This document shows, piece after piece, positions 38,259 to 49,512 of a DNA stretch of 64,000 nucleotides (positions are counted from its first letter, which is position 1; each line of letters opens with the position of its first letter). The DNA comes from an uncultured Alphaproteobacteria bacterium. GTDB lineage: Bacteria > Pseudomonadota > Alphaproteobacteria > JAJTHO01 > G963706365. A program made the translations under genes and the position numbers. The notes under the pieces were generated by a model that saw only the letters and a list, made by a program, of their open reading frames with translations, was not told the DNA's origin and made no database searches. The stretch is from the NCBI GenBank assembly GCA_963706365.1, contig OY970150.1:1596265-1660264 (forward strand), in the 5' to 3' direction.

Positions 38259-39351
38259 GTGTTGATTGATGTAACGGAAACAGTGAATGCTGTAGAAGAG
38301 TCGCTGGCTCTTTTAAGGAGGCGGCTTTGACCCTGAATCAACAAAACAGCAGCTTCTAGAGCTTGATAAAAAAGCAAATGCCCCTGATCTTTGGGATAAC
38401 CCTGAGTTAGCACAGGAAGTTTTACAAGAACGCACACGCCTAGAAAAATCTTTAAGTGGCTATCAGTCGCTTGTACAGCAATTAGAAGATCAGCAGGAAC
38501 TGCTGCAAATGGCGCAAGAGGAAGATGATGAAGATACGGCAAAAGAAGCCGTAGAGGGGCTTTGTAAATTACAGGAAACCGCCCGAAGAAAACAACTGGA
38601 AGCGATGCTCTGTGGTGAGGCGGACGGTAACAATTGTTACTTATCTGTAAATTCCGGTGCAGGGGGAACAGAAGCGCAAGATTGGGCTTTGATGATTTTA
38701 CGGATGTATTTGCGTTGGGCAGAGGCGCATGGCTATAAAGTGGAGACTCTGGAAGAATCAGATGGTGATGAAGCTGGTATTAAATCAGCCACTGTAGAAA
38801 TAAAGGGCGAAAATGCTTACGGCTGGCTACGCAGTGAATCTGGCGTGCATCGTCTGGTAAGAATTTCACCCTTTGATAGCAGTGCGCGGCGGCATACCAG
38901 TTTTTGTTCTGTATGGGTTTCGCCAGTGGTGGACGAAAAAATTGATATTGTGGTGGAAGACAAGGATTTGCGGGTGGACACCTACCGAGCCAGTGGTGCA
39001 GGGGGGCAACATATTAACAAAACGGATTCTGCCATTCGTATTACGCATTTACCCACCAATATTGTGGTGCAATGCCAGAGCGATCGCTCCCAACATCGTA
39101 ACAGGGCACAGGCGATGCAAATGTTAAAAGGCCGTTTGTATGAACTGGAACTGCAAAAACGCCAGGCCGAAGCTGATGCCACCGAAGCGGGTAAGACAGA
39201 TATTGGCTGGGGGCATCAAATACGCTCCTATGTTCTGCATCCCTATCAAATGGTAAAGGATTTGCGAACCAATGAAGAGACTAGTAATACGCAAGCAGTT
39301 TTAGACGGTAATATTGATTTATTTTTAGCCGCCAGCCTAAGCCAAGATTAA
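38259..39351 (+). CDS. prfB: Peptide chain release factor 2 with a programmed +1 ribosomal frameshift. Frame 0 runs from about 38259 to the CTT at about 38327, then shifts +1 over the TGA and continues in the frame of ORF 38509..39351.
   Basis: The site is tta AGGAGG cgg CTT TGA C: an SD-like element, a 3-nt spacer, then CUU UGA C. The upstream short frame reads ...VNAVEESLALLRRRL. Downstream are DPESTKQQLLELDKK..., SPFDS and GGQHVN, the GGQ motif. Confidence 0.85.
38316..38331 (+). promoter_or_regulatory. prfB autoregulatory +1 frameshift site (internal SD AGGAGG plus CTT TGA C)
   Basis: The motif, the SD spacing and the frame relationship (0 to +1) all match the canonical RF2 recoding site. 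Confidence 0.85.
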
Positions 39352-39370
39352 AAACGATATTAATTGTACA

Positions 39371-40111
39371 GTGAACCCAGAACAGACCCAACGTTACAAT
39401 CGGCATTTAATTTTAGAAGACTGGACAACAGCGCAACAAGAAAAAATATTGCAGACAAAATTGCTATATATTGGTGCGGGTGGATTGGGCTGTGCAACCC
39501 TGCCTTTACTGTCTGCAGCAGGTATAGGACATATAACGGTTATGGATAGTGATCGTATTGAACTATCCAATTTACAGCGCCAGCTGGCCTATACAGAACA
39601 GCAAATAAACCAAAGTAAAGTAACCGCTTTAAAAGGTTATTTAACAGCACGCAACAGTGATGTGCACATTAATAGCATACAAGAATTTTTTACAGAGCAG
39701 CAGGCTTTTATTCTTAAAGATTATGACATCGTTGCCATTGGTACAGACACGGCCAGCAGCCGATATCTGGTTAATAAATTTGCAAAGCAGTATAATAAGC
39801 CCGCTATTATTGCTTCGGTAAGCCGTACAACCGCGCATATTTTTGCAATGCAGCATAATACTGTTGCCCCCTGTTACAACTGTCTATTCCCTGATGGCAG
39901 TAAGGGAAATAACAGGGGTATTGTTGGAGTTTTAAATGTAATGGTTGCTATTGCCGGGGCACAGCAGGCAGCAGAAATTTTACACTATGCGCGATACAAC
40001 AAATTTGAACACCCGAACAGGTTAAAGCAAATCACTTTGGATGATATTAAAATTTTTGATGTGCAGAAAAATAGCACATGCGCTATTTGTGGCGATGTAG
40101 GTATTTGCTGA
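39371..40111 (+). CDS. moeB: ThiF/MoeB/HesA family adenylyltransferase (molybdopterin or thiamine sulfur-carrier activating E1-like enzyme)
   Basis: RYNRHLIL...IGAGGLGCATLPLLSAAGIGHITVMDSDRIELSNLQRQ is the family signature. C-terminal CxxC motifs are present. Confidence 0.75.
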   Translation: MNPEQTQRYNRHLILEDWTTAQQEKILQTKLLYIGAGGLGCATLPLLSAAGIGHITVMDSDRIELSNLQRQLAYTEQQINQSKVTALKGYLTARNSDVHINSIQEFFTEQQAFILKDYDIVAIGTDTASSRYLVNKFAKQYNKPAIIASVSRTTAHIFAMQHNTVAPCYNCLFPDGSKGNNRGIVGVLNVMVAIAGAQQAAEILHYARYNKFEHPNRLKQITLDDIKIFDVQKNSTCAICGDVGIC

Positions 40112-40523
40112 AAATTTCCAAAGCTGTTAAGGTCATGAAAGAAAAGGCCGTAATGATAAGCGCGGTACTGTACATTCCATAACCGCAGGCAACCCCAACT
40201 GCCCCTGCAACCCAAATGCCTGCCCCTGTTGCGGTGCCTTTAATGCTGTCACTGGATTGAATAATTGCCCCTGCGCCAATAAAACCAATGCCGGAAACAA
40301 TTCCCTGTATGGCACGCGTGGGGTCAATTTTAATGCCACTTTCATCAGTTAAAGCCAGCTCAGCAAATTGATGTGCTAAAAGGCTAAAACCGGCAGCACC
40401 TAGACATACAAGCGTAAATGCACGCAAGCCTAAAGGCTTCTCTTTTAATTCACGGTCAATACCAAGGATTAAGCCACATAAAACAGCACAGCCAAGCCTT
40501 GTTAGAATAGTTAGTGTATCCAT
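40083..40523 (-). CDS. MgtC/SapB family membrane protein
   Basis: RLGCAVLCGLILGIDRELKEKPLGLRAFTLVCLGAAGF is the MgtC N-terminal signature. Confidence 0.75.
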   Translation of the reverse strand: MDTLTILTRLGCAVLCGLILGIDRELKEKPLGLRAFTLVCLGAAGFSLLAHQFAELALTDESGIKIDPTRAIQGIVSGIGFIGAGAIIQSSDSIKGTATGAGIWVAGAVGVACGYGMYSTALIITAFSFMTLTALEIFSKYLHRHK

Positions 40524-41366
40524 TTAGCTATTCGTATATTTCAGGTAATGACGCCACAATGTTAGGGAAATATCGCCGGGTTTTCCATTACCAATAATTT
40601 GTGCATCAACTTGCACGACGGGTAAAATGAAATTTGTGGTGCTGCTTAAAAAAGCTTCGTCCGCTTCTTTTGCTTCCTGTACCGTAAAGCGGCGCTCATC
40701 AACAGTGTAGCCAGCTTTTTCAGCAAGCTCAATTAGGGTGGTGCGGGTAATTCCCTTTAAAATACTGTTGCTAACAGGGTGGGTAATAATCTGCTCATTT
40801 TTAATGATAAAGGCATTGGTGGAAGAGCCTTCTGTTACATAGCCTGTTTCATTAACTTGCCAGGCTTCAAAAGCGCCGGCCTCTTTGGCGGCTTGTTTTG
40901 CCAAGGTTGCGGGTAATAAAGCAATAGATTTAATATCGCAACGTGCCCAGCGTTGGTCGGGCACGGTAATAACTTTTACACCTTTCTTAACTTTCTGCGG
41001 TGTAGGCGTGGCGGTGCGTCTTGCTATTATAATAACAGAAGGTTTAGGGTTCTTAGGGAAAGGAAAATCTCGCCGGGCAGTGCCGCGGGTAATTTGTAAA
41101 TAGATGCTGCCATTGTTCATGCGATTGCGCTTAATAACTTGCTGACAAATATGCTGCAGTGCCTGCATATTCATGGGTCTGTTCAGGCTGATGTTATCCA
41201 AAGAATATTGCAGCCTTTCAAAATGGCCATCACGGTCAATCAATTGGCGATTTTTAAAATAGATAACTTCATAAACACCATCAGCAAACTGAAAACCACG
41301 ATCTTCGACATGTACATGCGCCTGATGATAAGGCAAATAACGCCCATTGGTGTAAACAATAGACAT
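40524..41366 (-). CDS. dat: Class IV (D-amino-acid/branched-chain) aminotransferase, most similar to D-alanine aminotransferase
   Basis: VEDRGFQFADGVYEVI matches the ExGxxFGDGVYE-type motif. Length is 280 aa. Confidence 0.7.
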   Translation of the reverse strand: MSIVYTNGRYLPYHQAHVHVEDRGFQFADGVYEVIYFKNRQLIDRDGHFERLQYSLDNISLNRPMNMQALQHICQQVIKRNRMNNGSIYLQITRGTARRDFPFPKNPKPSVIIIARRTATPTPQKVKKGVKVITVPDQRWARCDIKSIALLPATLAKQAAKEAGAFEAWQVNETGYVTEGSSTNAFIIKNEQIITHPVSNSILKGITRTTLIELAEKAGYTVDERRFTVQEAKEADEAFLSSTTNFILPVVQVDAQIIGNGKPGDISLTLWRHYLKYTNS

Positions 41367-42182
41367 TTAACAGTTAACTTTCATGCCTTCCTGGGCAATA
41401 AAGCATTTTGGCCAAGCCTGTTGCGCTGCAACAGAAATCTCATCCATTTTATCGTCATTATGCTGCGGGTTATGATGAAAGATGGCCAATTGTTTTACAT
41501 TGGCTGTTTGACAAAGACGAATACCTTCTTGCCACGTGGAATGCCCCCAACCAATATGGCTATCAAACATTTCATCAGAATAGGTGGAGTCATAAACAAC
41601 TAAATCGGCATCTTGAATTAATTTAAGAATGTTTTTATCGGGCTTGCCGGGTATATGCTCTGTATCAGTAACGTAACAAATTGTGCTTTTACCGTTACTA
41701 AAGCGATAACCTGTGGCGTTGTTTGGGTGATTTAATGCGGTTGTCTGAATTTTAATATCGCCAATATGAAATTCATGCCCGGCGGTAAAATCATGCCAGT
41801 CAATATCGGCCTGAAAAGCATCTGGGCTAATGGGAAAAAACGGTGGTGCCATTAACTTGTGCAACATTGTTTTTAGTTGATATTCTGGCATTAAGTGCCC
41901 AGCATGAAAAGTAACTTTCTGTGCCTTCTGATAAACTTGGCTAAAAAATGGCAGCCCGGCAATGTGGTCGCCATGGGTGTGTGTTAACAACAGGTGCAGC
42001 GGCTCTTCATTCTCTGATAAATCATCACTTAATTTTCGAAGACCAGTGCCTGCATCCAAAATCAATTTTTGATTTTCACTTTCCAGCAACAAGCAAGACG
42101 TATTCCCGCCGTATTTCATATAATCTTTATCGGGGCAGGGCATGGAACCACGCACGCCATAAAATGTTAGGGATAAACTCAT
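41367..42182 (-). CDS. Metallo-beta-lactamase-fold hydrolase (PhnP or RNase-Z-like subgroup)
   Basis: LLLTHTHGDHIAGLPFF is the HxHxDH motif. Confidence 0.7.
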   Translation of the reverse strand: MSLSLTFYGVRGSMPCPDKDYMKYGGNTSCLLLESENQKLILDAGTGLRKLSDDLSENEEPLHLLLTHTHGDHIAGLPFFSQVYQKAQKVTFHAGHLMPEYQLKTMLHKLMAPPFFPISPDAFQADIDWHDFTAGHEFHIGDIKIQTTALNHPNNATGYRFSNGKSTICYVTDTEHIPGKPDKNILKLIQDADLVVYDSTYSDEMFDSHIGWGHSTWQEGIRLCQTANVKQLAIFHHNPQHNDDKMDEISVAAQQAWPKCFIAQEGMKVNC

Positions 42183-42327
42183 TAATATTTTTTATAGTAG
42201 GTTTTGGTTAAGTTACCGTAAGAGCGGTCACGAATCTATAGAGATTTTCGTTTAAAGTTTTAGCTGACTTTAAGCTAGTTACGTAAAACATTTGGCCATC
42301 CTTTAAAATAATGCTAAATAACCTCGC

Positions 42328-43317
42328 ATGGCCTCTAAAAAATCTATTTCGAAAAATAAACCAAATAAAGAAGAGTTATTAACGCTTTACCGAGAAATGC
42401 TAAAAATCCGCCGTTTTGAAGAACGTGCCGGGCAACTTTATGGCATGGGATTAATCGGTGGGTTTTGTCATTTATACATCGGACAAGAGGCCGTAGTGGT
42501 TGGTGTGCAAGCAGCCATGAAAGATGGCGACAGTGTTATTACCAGTTACCGAGATCACGGGCATATGTTGGCCACCGGTATGGAAGCACGCGGTGTAATG
42601 GCAGAACTGACCGGACGGGAAGGCGGTTATTCTCGCGGGAAGGGTGGCTCAATGCATATGTTTAGCCGTGAAAAGAATTTCTATGGTGGCCACGGAATTG
42701 TTGGCGCACAGGTGCCGATTGGTACAGGCATTGCCTTTGCAAACCAGTATAATGATACTGATTTTATTTGCGCCACTTATTTAGGTGATGGCGCCGTGAA
42801 TCAGGGGCAGGTATATGAATCGTTTAATATGGCTGCTTTGTGGAAATTGCCGGTGTTATATATCATTGAAAACAATCAATATGGTATGGGAACCTCCGTT
42901 GCGCGTGCCAGTGCAGTGACCGAGCTGTATAAACGCGGTTCCGGTTTTGGCATTCCTGGTATGGCTGTTGATGGCATGGATGTTTTGGCCGTGAAAGACG
43001 CCGCTAATGAAGCGATTACTGAAATGCGTAAAGGTAATGGCCCGATGATTTTGGAAATGAAAACTTATCGTTATCGCGGGCACAGTATGTCTGACCCGGC
43101 AAAATATCGCACTAAGGAAGAATTAACCCAAATGCGTGATGAGCGAGACCCCATTGAAAATATTAAAAAGCATCTGATTGCAGCAAAAATTCCAGAAGAT
43201 GAACTGAAAAGTATAGATAAAGAAATGAAAGACTATGTTCTGGATGCCGTAGAGTTTGCAAAAGAAAGCCCAGAGCCAGCAGAATCTGAACTTTGGACAG
43301 ATATTTTGGTTGCGTAA
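42328..43317 (+). CDS. pdhA: Pyruvate dehydrogenase E1 component alpha subunit (TPP-dependent). No pdhB follows it.
   Basis: GGFCHLYIGQEAV...YRDHGH...GGHGIVGAQVPIGTGIAFA...YRYRGHSMSDP is the PdhA signature. Confidence 0.9.
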   Translation: MASKKSISKNKPNKEELLTLYREMLKIRRFEERAGQLYGMGLIGGFCHLYIGQEAVVVGVQAAMKDGDSVITSYRDHGHMLATGMEARGVMAELTGREGGYSRGKGGSMHMFSREKNFYGGHGIVGAQVPIGTGIAFANQYNDTDFICATYLGDGAVNQGQVYESFNMAALWKLPVLYIIENNQYGMGTSVARASAVTELYKRGSGFGIPGMAVDGMDVLAVKDAANEAITEMRKGNGPMILEMKTYRYRGHSMSDPAKYRTKEELTQMRDERDPIENIKKHLIAAKIPEDELKSIDKEMKDYVLDAVEFAKESPEPAESELWTDILVA

Positions 43318-43373
43318 ACTATAAGGTTGACGATTCCTTAATTATTTTCCTAGATACCTTTAAGAACAATTAG

Positions 43374-44348
<975 letters not shown>

Positions 44349-44384
44349 GAATTTATTTATATTTAGCTCTCAATTTGAGATAGA

Positions 44385-44753
44385 ATGACATATTCAGAAT
44401 TTGTATCCGGTTTAGAGGCTAGCTATCTTCAGGAGAGAAAAACTTTAGATAGACTTGTAAAAGATAATAATAATCCGAAGTCTCACTCAAGTCGACCTCA
44501 ATACAAGATATGTGAAAAGCAAGAAATTTTAAAGTTGCAGACTTTAATTAGTTATCAACTAATGGAAATAGTTGATGAATCCAATGAAGATTATACAATT
44601 CAGTACAATCGGAATCGTATCCCTAATTTTGAAAGCATGCTTAGTAAAGAAAAAGCAAGAGATGTACCTGATCCTAATACGAAAAGTATGTATGCTAGAA
44701 GTTTTGCTGAAGCATATGCTGCTAGTTCCCTACCTAGCCATCGGGAATACTAA
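44385..44753 (+). CDS. Hypothetical protein, AT-rich orphan
   Basis: It is 122 aa with no recognisable domain. Its composition looks more AT-rich by eye than that of the flanking mdh and dapD. Confidence 0.35.
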   Translation: MTYSEFVSGLEASYLQERKTLDRLVKDNNNPKSHSSRPQYKICEKQEILKLQTLISYQLMEIVDESNEDYTIQYNRNRIPNFESMLSKEKARDVPDPNTKSMYARSFAEAYAASSLPSHREY

Positions 44754-44808
44754 AAGGCAGCGAATATAATCCTACCCATCATCGCAAAATCGTATTAAAA
44801 CACTGGCG

Positions 44809-45645
44809 ATGACTTTAGAAAATATTATTGAAAAAGCCTGGGAATCTAGGGATACTATCACGCCAGAGACAACAGGGGAAACGCGGGATGCTATTGAGAC
44901 TGTGTTAAGTGGTTTGGACAGTGGCCAGTATCGAGTAGCAGAGAAATCTGCTGCTGGCTGGAACGTTAATCAATGGCTGAAAAAGGCGGTACTGTTAAAT
45001 TTCCGGCTGAATAACATGCGAACCATGACCGGCAATGTAGATGGTGGGTATTGGTATGATAAAGTAGATTCCAAATTTGCCAATTGGGGAGATTCAGAAT
45101 TTCAACAAGCTGGCTTTCGCGCGGTGCCTAATTGTGTGGTGCGGCATTCTGCCTACATTGCCAAGGGCGTTGTGTTAATGCCTTCTTTTGTTAATATCGG
45201 TGCTTATGTTGACGAGGGTACTATGGTTGATACCTGGGCAACGGTTGGTTCTTGTGCGCAAATCGGTAAGAATTGTCATATTTCAGGCGGTGCCGGAATC
45301 GGTGGTGTTTTAGAACCATTGCAGGCTGACCCGGTAATTATTGAAGATAATTGCTTTATAGGTGCCCGCGCCGAAGTAGCCGAAGGTGTGCGGGTTGAAG
45401 AGGGTAGCGTTTTATCCATGGGGGTCTATCTGGGGGCTAGTACAAAAATTATTGATCGCGCCACAGGGGAAATATTCATGGGGCGCGTTCCGGCTTATTC
45501 CGTGGTAGTTTCCGGCAGTTTGCCTGCTGACAAAACAATGCCTGATGGCAAGCCGGCACCGAATTTATATTGTGCCGTTATCGTAAAGCGCGTAGATGAA
45601 AAGACACGTAGTAAAACCAGCATCAATGATTTACTGCGAGACTAA
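44809..45645 (+). CDS. dapD: 2,3,4,5-tetrahydropyridine-2,6-dicarboxylate N-succinyltransferase
   Basis: The hexapeptide-repeat region ([36 protein letters not shown]) and the DapD N-terminal domain are present. Confidence 0.88.
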   Translation: MTLENIIEKAWESRDTITPETTGETRDAIETVLSGLDSGQYRVAEKSAAGWNVNQWLKKAVLLNFRLNNMRTMTGNVDGGYWYDKVDSKFANWGDSEFQQAGFRAVPNCVVRHSAYIAKGVVLMPSFVNIGAYVDEGTMVDTWATVGSCAQIGKNCHISGGAGIGGVLEPLQADPVIIEDNCFIGARAEVAEGVRVEEGSVLSMGVYLGASTKIIDRATGEIFMGRVPAYSVVVSGSLPADKTMPDGKPAPNLYCAVIVKRVDEKTRSKTSINDLLRD

Positions 45646-45665
45646 CCATTTGACTGATTTACAAT

Positions 45666-47105
45666 ATGTTCGATAAATTTAACGATGAATGCGGTATTTT
45701 TGGTATTTATAATATCGAAGCAGCAGCTTCTCGTGTGGCCTTGGGTCTGCATGCTTTACAACATCGTGGGCAGGAAGCAGCCGGTATTGTTACTTTTGAT
45801 CATGAAACCAAACGCTTTTACGCTCATCGAGCCTTGGGGCATGTAGGGGATAAGTTTTCGCAAAAATCGGTTATTGATGCCTTGATGGGCTCTGCCGGTA
45901 TCGGGCATGTGCGTTATTCTACGGCGGGTGAAACACTAATGCGCAATGTGCAGCCGCTGTTTGCAGAGTTGCACAGTGGCGGTTTTGCCATTGCTCATAA
46001 TGGAAATTTAACTAATGCATTAACTTTGCGGCATAAGCTTGTGGAGAAAGGCTGTATTTTTCAATCTACCTCTGACACGGAAACGATTATTCACCTACTA
46101 GCCAATGCCAAAGGAAATGATCTGGTTAGTCGTTTTTCCTATGCTTTACAGCAAATAGAAGGTGCGTATTCTCTAGTTGTGTTAACATCTAAAAAGCTAA
46201 TTGGCGTGCGTGATCCTGCCGGGGTTCGCCCATTGGTATTGGGGTATGATGGCAGCAGTTATGTGTTGGCTTCGGAAACATGTGCCCTCGATATTATCGG
46301 CGCTGACTATGTACGCGATATCGAAGCGGGTGAGATGATAGTTATTGATGAACATGGTATTAGAAGCTATCACCCCTTTACAGAAAATCGTCCGGAGCGT
46401 TTTTGCATTTTTGAATATGTTTACTTCGCCCGGCCAGACAGCATTTTAAACGAAAAGAGCGTTTATAATACACGTAAAAACATTGGTAAGGAACTGGCGC
46501 AAGAGCATCCACTAGACGCGGACGTGGTTATTCCGGTGCCTGATTCTGGTGTGCCTGCTGCACTGGGATATGCCGAGGCTGCAGGAATTCCCTTTGAATT
46601 AGGCATTATTCGCAACCATTATGTAGGCAGAACATTTATTGAACCGACCGACCAAATTAGGCATTTGGGGGTAAAACTGAAACACAATGCCAACATTATT
46701 TGCCTGAAAGGTAAACGGGTTATTTTGGTGGATGATAGTATTGTGCGCGGTACAACCTCTACAAAAATTGTGGAGATGGTGCGCGCAGCTGGAGCCACAG
46801 AAGTGCATATGCGTATCGCCAGCCCGCCAACAACAAACCCTTGTTTTTATGGGGTTGATACGCCGTCTAAAGAGAAGTTACTCGCGGCTAACTATTCTTT
46901 AGAGGAGATGTGCGCTTATATAAAAGCGGATAGTCTGCAATTTGTTTCCGTAGATGGCCTTTACAGGGCGGTGGGTGAAACAGCGCGACAGGAGAACCGT
47001 ATTTACTGTGACGCGTGCTTCACCGGTGATTATGATATTCCTTTAATTGACCGCCAAAATGCGCATCAGGCTAACAAGCATCATATGCTGAAAGAAGCTT
47101 GGTAA
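45666..47105 (+). CDS. purF: Amidophosphoribosyltransferase
   Basis: CGIFGIYN carries the N-terminal nucleophile Cys. The PRTase domain reads VILVDDSIVRGTTS. The C-terminal Cys cluster may bind an Fe-S cluster. Confidence 0.92.
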   Translation: MFDKFNDECGIFGIYNIEAAASRVALGLHALQHRGQEAAGIVTFDHETKRFYAHRALGHVGDKFSQKSVIDALMGSAGIGHVRYSTAGETLMRNVQPLFAELHSGGFAIAHNGNLTNALTLRHKLVEKGCIFQSTSDTETIIHLLANAKGNDLVSRFSYALQQIEGAYSLVVLTSKKLIGVRDPAGVRPLVLGYDGSSYVLASETCALDIIGADYVRDIEAGEMIVIDEHGIRSYHPFTENRPERFCIFEYVYFARPDSILNEKSVYNTRKNIGKELAQEHPLDADVVIPVPDSGVPAALGYAEAAGIPFELGIIRNHYVGRTFIEPTDQIRHLGVKLKHNANIICLKGKRVILVDDSIVRGTTSTKIVEMVRAAGATEVHMRIASPPTTNPCFYGVDTPSKEKLLAANYSLEEMCAYIKADSLQFVSVDGLYRAVGETARQENRIYCDACFTGDYDIPLIDRQNAHQANKHHMLKEAW

Positions 47106-47121
47106 AAAAAGCCGTGAAGAA

Positions 47122-48285
47122 TTGCACTGCAATAAGATAAAAATCTTTTATACTGTGTGCGTGCAACATTTAAAATATTCACTTTCTCTTGCCTTCTTCT
47201 TGGTGCAACCGCTGCAAGCGCAACAGCAAGAGCTGCCTGAAAAATGGTTGGCTGATAAAATGACCAATTGTAAATTGTTGGTTGCTGGCCGTGCGAAGCG
47301 GCTTATTTATAAAGGCGATTGCGAAAACGGCTTGGCAGAAGGTTATGGGGATGTCGAAATATACAAAAAACCTATTGGCCGTGAACGTTACGACGGTGGT
47401 TTTACATCAGGTTTACACATTGGCGAGACTTATACAAAAGGCGAGATTTTTGAAGTTGCCAATACTTATTATTTCACACTGGCGCCAGACAAGTCTTTTT
47501 ACACAATTATTCAGCCCAAATCTGAAAATACGGTTTTGTGCAGTGGCCAGGCGGCAATGGGGGTAGAGGGTTCGAATGTAGAAGTTGCTGCAAAATCTTT
47601 GGGAGCGCAATATAACACGGTCTGTCAGGAACGAAGTAATACAACATCACAATTGTTTGTGCAACTGTTAGACAAAAAAGCATTGGATAAAGGCCAGCAA
47701 CTGGTTACCGGTTCCCTTATGTTGAATTTGAATGGCGACCAATGGGCTGTTTCTGATTTACAAATAACTCAACCCACTAGAACAGTTAAAAATCCTCAGC
47801 AACAGCCGCCCGATGAATTACAGATAGAGCAAACGTCTGCCCCTGTTAAGTTAGTGAGGCAGCCCGTAAAAGAGGTGGCGTCGTCTACGCCTTTAAACTT
47901 AACGTTATACTCTGAGGTAATTGGCAAAAAGCAACCGCGTTGTAAGCTTAATCTTTCATTTCATAATACTGGCGTAAATACCATTGGCAGTTTTTCCACA
48001 ACGGGCAATCTGTTAAATAGAAATGGTAATATTTTGACGCCTTTTCAATTATCCAGCAAAGCTATGTTACCAGAGGGTTCCAGGCACAAAATGACCAAGG
48101 TTTTGCCTTTTGAATTTTGTAAACCCTATGGGCAGCCTGCCCAGCTAGCAGAAAAAGTCAATTTTCAGCAGCTAACCTGTAGAAACGCCAGTGGTCAAAC
48201 GATCTCTTGCTTTGATAAGATTCGCTTAATACCGTTACCACAAAATTTACGGCAAACACAGACAGCGCTATTTGTTATGCAATAA
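47122..48285 (+). CDS. Hypothetical secreted protein
   Basis: It is 387 aa with an N-terminal hydrophobic signal-like region (SLSLAFFLVQPLQAQQ) and no recognisable domain. Confidence 0.4.
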   Translation: MHCNKIKIFYTVCVQHLKYSLSLAFFLVQPLQAQQQELPEKWLADKMTNCKLLVAGRAKRLIYKGDCENGLAEGYGDVEIYKKPIGRERYDGGFTSGLHIGETYTKGEIFEVANTYYFTLAPDKSFYTIIQPKSENTVLCSGQAAMGVEGSNVEVAAKSLGAQYNTVCQERSNTTSQLFVQLLDKKALDKGQQLVTGSLMLNLNGDQWAVSDLQITQPTRTVKNPQQQPPDELQIEQTSAPVKLVRQPVKEVASSTPLNLTLYSEVIGKKQPRCKLNLSFHNTGVNTIGSFSTTGNLLNRNGNILTPFQLSSKAMLPEGSRHKMTKVLPFEFCKPYGQPAQLAEKVNFQQLTCRNASGQTISCFDKIRLIPLPQNLRQTQTALFVMQ

Positions 48286-48719
48286 TGCCTATTATAATAC
48301 CTGAGTATGTTAGCCGCTCGCTGGCCAGCGAGCTTTATCAGATAAAGCAGCAGGCTTATGAAGCCACTGCGATGACGATATGGTCAGAAAGTCTTTTCTA
48401 TAACAGCGTTAAAAATGGTCGGCTGTTGGTTGCTTATGATCAGCAACCTACAGGATTTTTATTATTTCAGGAAAATGATGATTGTTGTGAGATATTAATA
48501 CTATCAGTTTCATTATCATTTCAACAACAAGGTATTGGATATAATTTATTAAAGTATTTAATTAGCCTGGCAGAAAAACCTATAATACTGGAGGTGGCTT
48601 CTAATAATGCAGCTGCTATCAAGCTGTATACAAAATGCGGTTTCCGGCAAGTAGGGAAGCGCCCCGATTATTATAAAAACGGAGTTTGTGCGCTAGTTTT
48701 ACAATATACGAAATTTTAA
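48285..48719 (+). CDS. rimI: GNAT family N-acetyltransferase (RimI-like)
   Basis: The acetyl-CoA-binding motif QQQGIGYNLLKYLISLAEK matches the Q/RxxGxG/A pattern. Length is 144 aa. Confidence 0.65.
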   Translation: MPIIIPEYVSRSLASELYQIKQQAYEATAMTIWSESLFYNSVKNGRLLVAYDQQPTGFLLFQENDDCCEILILSVSLSFQQQGIGYNLLKYLISLAEKPIILEVASNNAAAIKLYTKCGFRQVGKRPDYYKNGVCALVLQYTKF

Positions 48720-48759
48720 AGTAGAAGGGTTATAAATCTTTTGGCAGTATGCCAATATC

Positions 48760-49512
48760 ATGGATCTTAAAATTCAAATCCGCAATTTATCAAAATCATT
48801 TGGCAAAAAACATGTTTTACAGGGGCTGTCTTTAGATATTCCCGCGGGTAAATCCATGGTCGTTATTGGCGGTTCGGGAACAGGTAAATCTGTATTGCTA
48901 AAATGTGTTTTAGGTCTATTGCAGCCAGATAGCGGCGAAATCTTAATAGATGGTCAAAATATTTGTAGAATTCCTTTTCACAAAAGACAAAAACTTATGC
49001 GGCGTTTCGGCATGCTTTTTCAGGGTGGGGCGCTATTTGATAGTTTGCCAGTTTGGAAAAATATTGCGTTTGCAACTAAGGGATTATCCCTGAAAGAACA
49101 ACAGGATTTAGCCATTGAAAAGTTGAAAGCTGTTGGCCTAAGCGAGGACACCGCCTTTCGATTTCCAGCGGAGCTATCAGGCGGGATGCAAAAGCGGGTA
49201 GGGTTGGCACGCGCCATTGCGTTAAACCCTGAAATTTTATTTTTTGATGAGCCCACAACAGGGCTAGATCCTATTATGTCCAATGTTATCAATGACTTAA
49301 TTCGGAAAAGTGTTAAGGAATTAGGTGCTACTGCACTTTCTATTACACATGATATGAATTCTGTTAAGCGTATCGCTGATGAAGTGGCGATGCTTTATGA
49401 AGGGAAAATTCTTTGGACAGGCGATGTGCGCGATATGCAGCATACAGAAAATGCCCATGTGCGACAGTTTATTAACGGCTTTATGGATGGGCCAATTCCT
49501 GTCGCCTTGTAA
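48760..49512 (+). CDS. ABC transporter ATP-binding protein (MlaF-like)
   Basis: GGSGTGKS is the Walker A motif. LSGGMQKRVGLARA is the ABC signature. ILFFDEPTTGLD is the Walker B motif. Confidence 0.8.
   Translation: MDLKIQIRNLSKSFGKKHVLQGLSLDIPAGKSMVVIGGSGTGKSVLLKCVLGLLQPDSGEILIDGQNICRIPFHKRQKLMRRFGMLFQGGALFDSLPVWKNIAFATKGLSLKEQQDLAIEKLKAVGLSEDTAFRFPAELSGGMQKRVGLARAIALNPEILFFDEPTTGLDPIMSNVINDLIRKSVKELGATALSITHDMNSVKRIADEVAMLYEGKILWTGDVRDMQHTENAHVRQFINGFMDGPIPVAL

Noticed and set aside
47565-47580. tRNA T-arm-like string ggttcgaatg
   Set aside because: It lies inside an uninterrupted CDS (47122..48285). No acceptor or anticodon stem context is present, and no cloverleaf can be built.
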